From Patescibacteria group bacterium (GTDB lineage Bacteria > Patescibacteriota > Patescibacteriia > Buchananbacterales > UBA6539): a stretch of 64,000 nucleotides of DNA. The position numbers and the translations under genes are program-made. Location: assembly GCA_041662625.1 (NCBI GenBank), contig JBAZSB010000001.1:310467-374466 (forward strand), read 5' to 3'. Below the pieces are notes generated by a model, which ran no database searches, was not told the DNA's origin, and worked only from the letters and a program-made list of their open reading frames with translations. How positions within the stretch are numbered: position 1 is the stretch's first letter; each line of letters opens with the position of its first letter. This document shows positions 57,787-64,000 of the stretch, piece by piece.

Positions 57787-58422
57787 TTAATTACTTACTT
57801 TTTTCTCATTAGCTAAAAAATCATATAAACTGCCAATTTCCCAATAAGTCTTTTTATCTTTTATGCCCGAATTATTATTTAAAATATGATACAGGCGGGC
57901 GGAAAAATCAGGGTACTTGTCCTTTACTGATTTTACTGCTTCCAGGAAAAATTGACAATTTGTTTCTTTATCATCAGTATAAATAACAGTTTTATAGCCC
58001 TGCTGATATTTCTTCTCTAGGTAGTCAACCAGCATCTCTTTGGTTTTTTTGTTAGTCTCACCATAATCAAAAGTTGAATTGAGTTTTTGAAAACAGGACC
58101 GAAAATCAAAGCCAGTTTTCGGAACTAAGTATTCCGCCCGCCAATCCATCTGCTCCTGCATCCCGGTACTGAAAGTCTCATTATATTTGGTCCAAGATAA
58201 AACTTCTTTGGCACCAGGCTGCAAAGCCAGCTGAAAATACCAACCCTCTTTATAAGGAATTTCATACATTTGTTCAAACTTTCGATCAGGAACATCTTTA
58301 ATTTTTTTACCCAGTTGCGCTTCGATCCAAGCCTCAATACTTGGATATTTTGTTTCTTTCACATCCCACTCTTCATGAAAAATCGTGCCCGCCATATCCC
58401 AAAGATAAAGTGTTTTTGTCAT
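57787..58422 (-). CDS. HAD superfamily hydrolase (DxAGT variant)
   Basis: Motif I WDMAGT, motif II STG, motif III K, motif IV YTDD. Confidence 0.75.
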   Translation of the reverse strand: MTKTLYLWDMAGTIFHEEWDVKETKYPSIEAWIEAQLGKKIKDVPDRKFEQMYEIPYKEGWYFQLALQPGAKEVLSWTKYNETFSTGMQEQMDWRAEYLVPKTGFDFRSCFQKLNSTFDYGETNKKTKEMLVDYLEKKYQQGYKTVIYTDDKETNCQFFLEAVKSVKDKYPDFSARLYHILNNNSGIKDKKTYWEIGSLYDFLANEKKVSN

Positions 58423-59021
58423 ATCTTTTTAGTTTTTTTTAATAATATTAAAGCCACAATAACTCCATTACCTAATAAGCCATTCACAATCGGGTGAACA
58501 TATGCGATCCAATCTACACCAGGATCAAATAATAAAGAAATTGTTGAAAATAGATACGCTACAATAACAGTACTCCAGGCCACATAATGTTCTTTTCCAG
58601 TTCCTTTTATTATTCCAAAAATGGTAGGGATATAAGAAATGATATAGGTTCCCTGCAAAAGGAGATTAGCGACTCTGTCATTTGATGTAATTTGCCAAAA
58701 GAATCCTATCACCAGAGCTAAGACAAAAATAATAATTTCGATATTAGACACCCTTGCAAACCGCCCCTTAATTCGGGCATATACTAAGATGATAAAGACT
58801 GATAAAGTTACAGCAATTACAATAAAACTTTGCCATAAATTATCATTGGTTACAGAAAAATAAGTGATTGCATTAATAATCCCGATTAAAAACCAAATTC
58901 CCCAAGTTGACGGGTTGGGCGTTGATTGACCTTTAAATATCTGTTTAAAATAAAGCCCATAGGCAATCAATGCCGTTATACCGGCCAATAATCCAAAAAT
59001 GTATGAATAATTCATAGTCAT
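58419..59021 (-). CDS. multi-pass membrane protein (PQ-loop/SWEET-like topology)
   Basis: About 7 hydrophobic segments; Y...I.KG...PN..TW and IPT....KG...E....W half-repeats. Confidence 0.65.
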   Translation of the reverse strand: MTMNYSYIFGLLAGITALIAYGLYFKQIFKGQSTPNPSTWGIWFLIGIINAITYFSVTNDNLWQSFIVIAVTLSVFIILVYARIKGRFARVSNIEIIIFVLALVIGFFWQITSNDRVANLLLQGTYIISYIPTIFGIIKGTGKEHYVAWSTVIVAYLFSTISLLFDPGVDWIAYVHPIVNGLLGNGVIVALILLKKTKKI

Positions 59022-59028
59022 TATTAAG

Positions 59029-60612
59029 TTATTTCCTTTTTAAAATAGTTATAACACCATGATTACCGTTAACTTCCACCAAATCCCCATCTTTCAGAAC
59101 TACGGTAGCGATTTTAGTACCAATGACGCAAGGAATGCCAAATTCTCTGGCCACAATCGCGGCATGGGAGGTTACACCGCCTTCATCGGTGACAATCGCC
59201 GCGGCTTTCTTAATGCCCATAATATAATCCGGCCGGGTCATCACCGCCACTAAAATATCACCCTGATTAATTTTACCAACTTCATGAGCACTCCGAACAA
59301 CTTTAACAATGCCGCGCACTTTGCCGCTGGAAGCACTTAAACCACGAAAATCATTGATATTCTTTTTGATATTTGATGTAAATAACATCTTGGCAATTTC
59401 TTTTGATTTACGCCCAAAGACCATTTCATAATGATTTCGGCAATGATAGATTAAACTAAAAATACGACGAGCCCGAGCTTCTTGTTTTGAAACCCTATGA
59501 CTATTTTTCGAAAATAACGCCAATACTTCAACTGCAAACATATACTTCATTTCGTTGAGTGAGTAGCCAAAACGCTTACCAATTTCTTGCAAAAAGATTG
59601 ATCCGTAATGCGTTGTCCAAAGCGTGTATTTTTTCCTCTCGTCTTGCCAATAAGTAAAGGTTTCTGATATCTCAATTAAATTTTTGATGTCTTTCGGGGG
59701 CTTTAATCGTTTCAATATTTGCTTTTTAATCCGGCGGTTAATCGCTGGGGCTGATTCAATCCGTTTAATCTGGCTAGCGATATCAATTGAACTTCCAAGT
59801 AAAGCTTTAATTTCTTTGATAAAGTATTTGGGAGTTAAAATGTAATTATTCACATAATTATTTTTACTCCAAAAATAATTTTTTTGATGACCTAAAAGTA
59901 ACTCATATTCTTTGGGAAAATCTTTTAACTTTTGCCAAATTTCACTTACTTTCTTTTCAATAAAAATCTGCCTTAACTTTTTATTTTTGGAAACTAATCG
60001 CGCGACTCTCAATAATGATAATTCACTTTCATTAATAAATGATAAACTCGCCGGCGCCGTCAATTGAGAAAATATTTTACCTTGTCCCTTTTTAATTCTC
60101 TTTCTATCCAAAAAATTTTTAATTCTTTCTTGGATAATGGCGTCACTGCCTAAGGCAAAACCGTCTATAACTGAACTCATTGTTACCCACCGGAAATAAC
60201 AGTCAATAAACTTCTTATATAAACAATACAATTTTTGATCTGAAAGAGTAGCTAATTTAATATTTTCCAAGTCCTGACAAAATTCAATGAACTTTATTTT
60301 ATCTTTGTCCCATTTAATCATTGTCCTCTTACCAATATCTGATTCGCGATTACAACGCTTAACAAATAGGTTAGTGATTCGTTTAAAATCGGCTTGATCA
60401 GCATAATAATCAGTTTTATCATCACTAAATATGACGACATGTTTCCTTTCTTCGCCGCCTTTCATTTTTCGAGGCTCTGGTTTTAGCTCCATTTCTCCTG
60501 TTAAATACAAAAGATTTGGGCAGCCATCAAATCTTTGGTGATACCATTCCTTTTTTCTTAATTTCTTTAGATCACTCTTGATCAAGCCTTTTTTAAATTT
60601 CATGTAATTCAT
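59029..60612 (-). CDS. helical domain + PEP-utiliser mobile domain protein, paralog 2
   Basis: WQDERKK; GDILVAVMTRPD; VTDEGGVTSHAAIVAREFGIPCVIGT. Confidence 0.88.
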   Translation of the reverse strand: MNYMKFKKGLIKSDLKKLRKKEWYHQRFDGCPNLLYLTGEMELKPEPRKMKGGEERKHVVIFSDDKTDYYADQADFKRITNLFVKRCNRESDIGKRTMIKWDKDKIKFIEFCQDLENIKLATLSDQKLYCLYKKFIDCYFRWVTMSSVIDGFALGSDAIIQERIKNFLDRKRIKKGQGKIFSQLTAPASLSFINESELSLLRVARLVSKNKKLRQIFIEKKVSEIWQKLKDFPKEYELLLGHQKNYFWSKNNYVNNYILTPKYFIKEIKALLGSSIDIASQIKRIESAPAINRRIKKQILKRLKPPKDIKNLIEISETFTYWQDERKKYTLWTTHYGSIFLQEIGKRFGYSLNEMKYMFAVEVLALFSKNSHRVSKQEARARRIFSLIYHCRNHYEMVFGRKSKEIAKMLFTSNIKKNINDFRGLSASSGKVRGIVKVVRSAHEVGKINQGDILVAVMTRPDYIMGIKKAAAIVTDEGGVTSHAAIVAREFGIPCVIGTKIATVVLKDGDLVEVNGNHGVITILKRK

Positions 60613-61949
60613 AATTTTTTTACTGTGCCTTTATCAGCATCAACCTCAATTAAATCATCATCCTTAAAAACTTTAGTCGCAATTTCAGTGCCAACCACGC
60701 AAGGAATTTTCATCTCCCGGGCCACAATTGCCGAATGTGAGGTGAAACCGCCGATATCTGCCACAATCGCTGAGACTTTGTGTAAAACCGGCATATAATC
60801 CGGGGTGGTAATTTCACAAACAATAATATCGCCTTTTTCAACTTTACTGAATTCTTTGGTGGTAAGTACAACTTTAGCTCTCCCTCGGACGACACCAGCT
60901 GAAACACCTTTGCCAGAAACTTGATTTTTCTTTTTTGGAACTTGATTAAAAAGTTGAATGATTAAATCAGCCTTTTTGCCAGTATAGATTTTATTGCCGA
61001 TGTAGACATATTTCTGACGGCGCAATTGCAGTTCGGCCGGAATCTTCTTTGTTTTGACCTCCTCTGGGGTTAAATGAATCAATTCACCATAGCTTAAGTT
61101 AAGTCGTTTTGCTACCTCGTTTAAAAGACGGCAAAAATTAAAACTGCCGCGGATAAACTGCTCGAAACGGTAATCTCTGATATACAAAAGTTTTTGACTA
61201 ATATCGGCTTTTTTCTTAAGTTCTTTAGGCAAGCGCTGGTATAATCTTTTAAATTCTCTTTCCCCTTTCTTATGATTTTTGAGTAAAGTGGCGAGTTGCT
61301 GAGTGGGATTTTTCATTGTCCTGAGTTGGCCGGTAATAAATTTATTCGTCAAAGCTTTATAACGTGATAATTCCAGATTGCTCCACTCCCATTTTTTTTT
61401 GAAAGTCGCTAAAGAAATTCGACCCAGTTTCAAAAGTAAAAAATCTTTACTTCTTCTCAGGTGATAAGTGTTATATAAAGGGTAGCTTAAGATATCAAAA
61501 TCTTTTTCGCTAAAACCGTGCTGCTGCAAAGTTTTTATCATTTTTTTCTCAAAATGAGAGGGAAAATAAATCGGAATATCTATCACTCTCATATACCGAC
61601 CCCACTGATCACACATCTTTTGGTAATCAACTATTAATTCTTTCCATAAAATTTTGGAAAAATCTTTTTGCCGGAGCTGTTCTGAAAATTTGACATAATC
61701 AGCCGCTCTTTCTTCGACTAAACTTACTGCTGATAAAATTTTACCGTCGGGAAAATCATAGGCAGCAATATCTTTCTTATTTAAAAACCACTGGCCATTA
61801 ATATAAATCAGTTCAACATTAGGGAATCCTTCTTGCTTTAACAAACGGCGTTGATTAAGCTCAAAATAAGAAAGTAAAACACTTTCTTTGATCGAACAAA
61901 TTCTAACATAACTCTCTGGCTTAATCTTTTTTAGCATAGCCTGACTCAT
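60609..61949 (-). CDS. helical domain + PEP-utiliser mobile domain protein, paralog 3
   Basis: IRDYR; VADIGGFTSHSAIVAREMKIPCVVGT. Confidence 0.88.
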   Translation of the reverse strand: MSQAMLKKIKPESYVRICSIKESVLLSYFELNQRRLLKQEGFPNVELIYINGQWFLNKKDIAAYDFPDGKILSAVSLVEERAADYVKFSEQLRQKDFSKILWKELIVDYQKMCDQWGRYMRVIDIPIYFPSHFEKKMIKTLQQHGFSEKDFDILSYPLYNTYHLRRSKDFLLLKLGRISLATFKKKWEWSNLELSRYKALTNKFITGQLRTMKNPTQQLATLLKNHKKGEREFKRLYQRLPKELKKKADISQKLLYIRDYRFEQFIRGSFNFCRLLNEVAKRLNLSYGELIHLTPEEVKTKKIPAELQLRRQKYVYIGNKIYTGKKADLIIQLFNQVPKKKNQVSGKGVSAGVVRGRAKVVLTTKEFSKVEKGDIIVCEITTPDYMPVLHKVSAIVADIGGFTSHSAIVAREMKIPCVVGTEIATKVFKDDDLIEVDADKGTVKKL

Positions 61950-63403
61950 ATTTTTCTTACCACTCCTTTGTTGGCATCGACCTCAACCATATCTCCGGTC
62001 TTGAAAACCTGAGTAGCAACTTTAGTCCCAACCACACCAGGAATTCCTAGCTCCCGCGAAACAATGGCGGCGTGGCAAGTAATTCCGCCATCGTCAGTAA
62101 CAATGGCACCAGCCTTACGCATAGCTGGCAAATAATCAATTGTAGTCATAGAAGTTACTAAAATACCACCCTTTTTGACAATTTTAATCGCCTCTTTGGC
62201 TCCTTTAACAATATATGCTTTTCCAATCACTTTACCCCGGCTAGCTGGCACACCGGTAACCTGCGAAGTCTTACCAGTTTTAATAACCGAGAGAACAAGT
62301 TTATCTAAAACTTTTTTGGCATCACTGCCTAAATATTCCTTAACTTTGCCTTTTTTAATTACCCAAGTTAAACCCTGCCGGCGTTTGGCAATAACTGACT
62401 GATTAACTTTGATGTTTTTCAAACACAAATTTTTAACTTCTGAATTGCTATAAAACAATAAGTCTTGATATTTAATTTCAAATCTTTTGGCCATTTCGTT
62501 TAGAGCAGGGAAAATAATTTGGTTGGAACGCATCTGAGTTTCCTTGCGCCAATCATGGAACATGGAAAAAGTATCCAGGAGCTGAAAATACGGCCTTAGA
62601 CTACTAAATGACAATTTATATTTCTTGATTAGGTTGTTTCTCCTGGCTTTGGCCGATTTAACAAAATTATTAATTTGTTTTAATTCTTTCTTTCTTAAAT
62701 TAAGACTTTTTTTCTTTAGTTTCTTAATCTCTTGTTTGATATGATTGACAGTTAATTCATTACTGCCATCCCAACTCATCATAACCCAGCCGAAACGTTT
62801 AACCGTTTTTTGCAAAGCCGTTTGACTAACAACCTTTTTGAAAGAAAAATCTAATGTAGTCTTTTTGTAAATCAAACTCTCGGAAGCATAGGCGGGCTCC
62901 ATCAACTGGTGTAGATCAGTTTCATTTATTTTATCTCTAGTTAAACGCCTCAGTTCTTCCCCAAAGATTTTACCAAAAAAATCATCAAATGAATCCATTG
63001 AATACTCGGAAAAGCTAATACTGGCCAAACATACCATTTGGGCTTGATGATATAAATTGTATAATTCTTTATTAGAAATATTTTTTACGGCAATATTTTT
63101 TAAAGGCAACAAAATCTTATTGACTTCAAAATGAGATTTCTTATACAAAGAAAAAATTCCATTTAAATTATTTTTGCTGCTAAGCCAAGACTTAAGCCAG
63201 CATCTCATAGTCTTTTCTAATAAATCAGCATCGCGCGACCACCAAAAATAGTCATGATAAAAAGTCATAACGTCGGAGTAATTGGCCAAATAAGGATATT
63301 TTTTACCCGGCGAAAGTTTAATCAAATCCAAATAAGCCGAGACACCTTGTGGGTAGAGCTGATCCCGTTCATAAACCCGCCAACGGACTTGTGTTTTAGA
63401 CAT
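61946..63403 (-). CDS. helical domain + PEP-utiliser mobile domain protein, paralog 4
   Basis: FHDWRKE; VTDDGGITCHAAIVSRELGIPGVVGT. Confidence 0.88.
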   Translation of the reverse strand: MSKTQVRWRVYERDQLYPQGVSAYLDLIKLSPGKKYPYLANYSDVMTFYHDYFWWSRDADLLEKTMRCWLKSWLSSKNNLNGIFSLYKKSHFEVNKILLPLKNIAVKNISNKELYNLYHQAQMVCLASISFSEYSMDSFDDFFGKIFGEELRRLTRDKINETDLHQLMEPAYASESLIYKKTTLDFSFKKVVSQTALQKTVKRFGWVMMSWDGSNELTVNHIKQEIKKLKKKSLNLRKKELKQINNFVKSAKARRNNLIKKYKLSFSSLRPYFQLLDTFSMFHDWRKETQMRSNQIIFPALNEMAKRFEIKYQDLLFYSNSEVKNLCLKNIKVNQSVIAKRRQGLTWVIKKGKVKEYLGSDAKKVLDKLVLSVIKTGKTSQVTGVPASRGKVIGKAYIVKGAKEAIKIVKKGGILVTSMTTIDYLPAMRKAGAIVTDDGGITCHAAIVSRELGIPGVVGTKVATQVFKTGDMVEVDANKGVVRKI

Positions 63404-63406
63404 ATC

Positions 63407-64000
63407 TTATTTTTTAATTTTCCTCACTTCACCCCGCTCCGCATCAACTTCGACCAAGTCACCATTTTTTAAAACTAATGTAGCCAATTTTGTACCAACA
63501 ATGCAAGGCACTCCCATTTCCCGAGAGATAATGGCGGCATGCGAAGTCAATCCCCCTTCATCGGTTACGACAGCCTTAGCTTTTTTGAATATCGAAACCA
63601 TCTCCGGACTGGTGGCCGGAGTAACCAAAATCTCCCCAGTTTTAAAGCCTTTCAGGCTACTTAGATCTAAAATTACCCGTACCTTGCCTTTCACTTTGCC
63701 TGGATAGGCACTGAGTCCACTAACTTCCTCAAGGTCTGTCTTTTGCTTAGTAGTTATTTGCTGAAGGAGCTTTTTTGCCGCAAGACCGGTGAAAACTTGG
63801 TAGCTATTTCTTCTAAAATTGTAGACTGAACCGTTAATCCTTTTTTTAATCAGCTTCCGATCGACCCGGTCGGTTCTAAGAGCTTTTTCGATTTCTGGAG
63901 TCAATAAAAATTTAAGTTCTTTTTCGGTTAAACTAAGCCGCTTGGCGATTTCATTCAGTAATTTTCTTTCATAAAAAATTGCTTTAACTGCTAAAGGCTT
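63407..64000 (-). CDS. helical domain + PEP-utiliser mobile domain protein, paralog 5 (5' end outside window)
   Basis: Frame open to 64000 (KPLAVKAIFYERKLLNEIAKRLSLTEKELKFLLTPE...); VTDEGGLTSHAAIISREMGVPCIVGT. Confidence 0.85.
   Translation of the reverse strand, partial: KPLAVKAIFYERKLLNEIAKRLSLTEKELKFLLTPEIEKALRTDRVDRKLIKKRINGSVYNFRRNSYQVFTGLAAKKLLQQITTKQKTDLEEVSGLSAYPGKVKGKVRVILDLSSLKGFKTGEILVTPATSPEMVSIFKKAKAVVTDEGGLTSHAAIISREMGVPCIVGTKLATLVLKNGDLVEVDAERGEVRKIKK

Noticed and set aside
51637-64000. PTS enzyme I components
   Set aside because: The His domains lack the HPr-binding and PEP-binding barrel domains, and no HPr or EII genes are present

Overview
AT-rich bacterial chromosome segment whose gene content and style fit a Patescibacteria/CPR (Parcubacteria-like) genome: mostly Shine-Dalgarno-less AT-rich starts, a split dcw cluster, archaeal-type PyrH and a secretin-less type IV pilus locus (lineage is inferred). 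Housekeeping genes include mraZ-rsmH, rplJ-rplL with an L10 leader, pyrH, mltG, uppP, mutM, secA, mraY-murD-ftsW-murG-murC-murB, rpmA, pyrG and rplI. Five features stand out. (1) A >12 kb cluster (51.6-64 kb) has one stand-alone PEP-synthase/PPDK ATP-grasp protein and at least five paralogous helical-domain + phospho-His swivel proteins, together with an SbnI-like kinase, a DMAGT-type HAD, two Mmp4/MtxX-like paralogs and a membrane protein. (2) An unannotated 16-aa leader ORF with six Cys (MDNCSCCSNCGPGCGC) lies between an Rrf2-type operator and a hairpin ahead of an rrf2-iscU-nfu-iscS operon. (3) A 1084-aa pilin-like adhesin has six Cys-rich repeats with a WWFFF motif exactly at their centre. 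(4) Six GC-rich single-gene cassettes each carry their own promoter, SD and terminator. (5) Heptamer and palindromic repeats occupy gene junctions and have entered conserved proteins in frame. No tRNA, rRNA, CRISPR array or transposase was recognised. All family assignments come from motif recognition without database searches.
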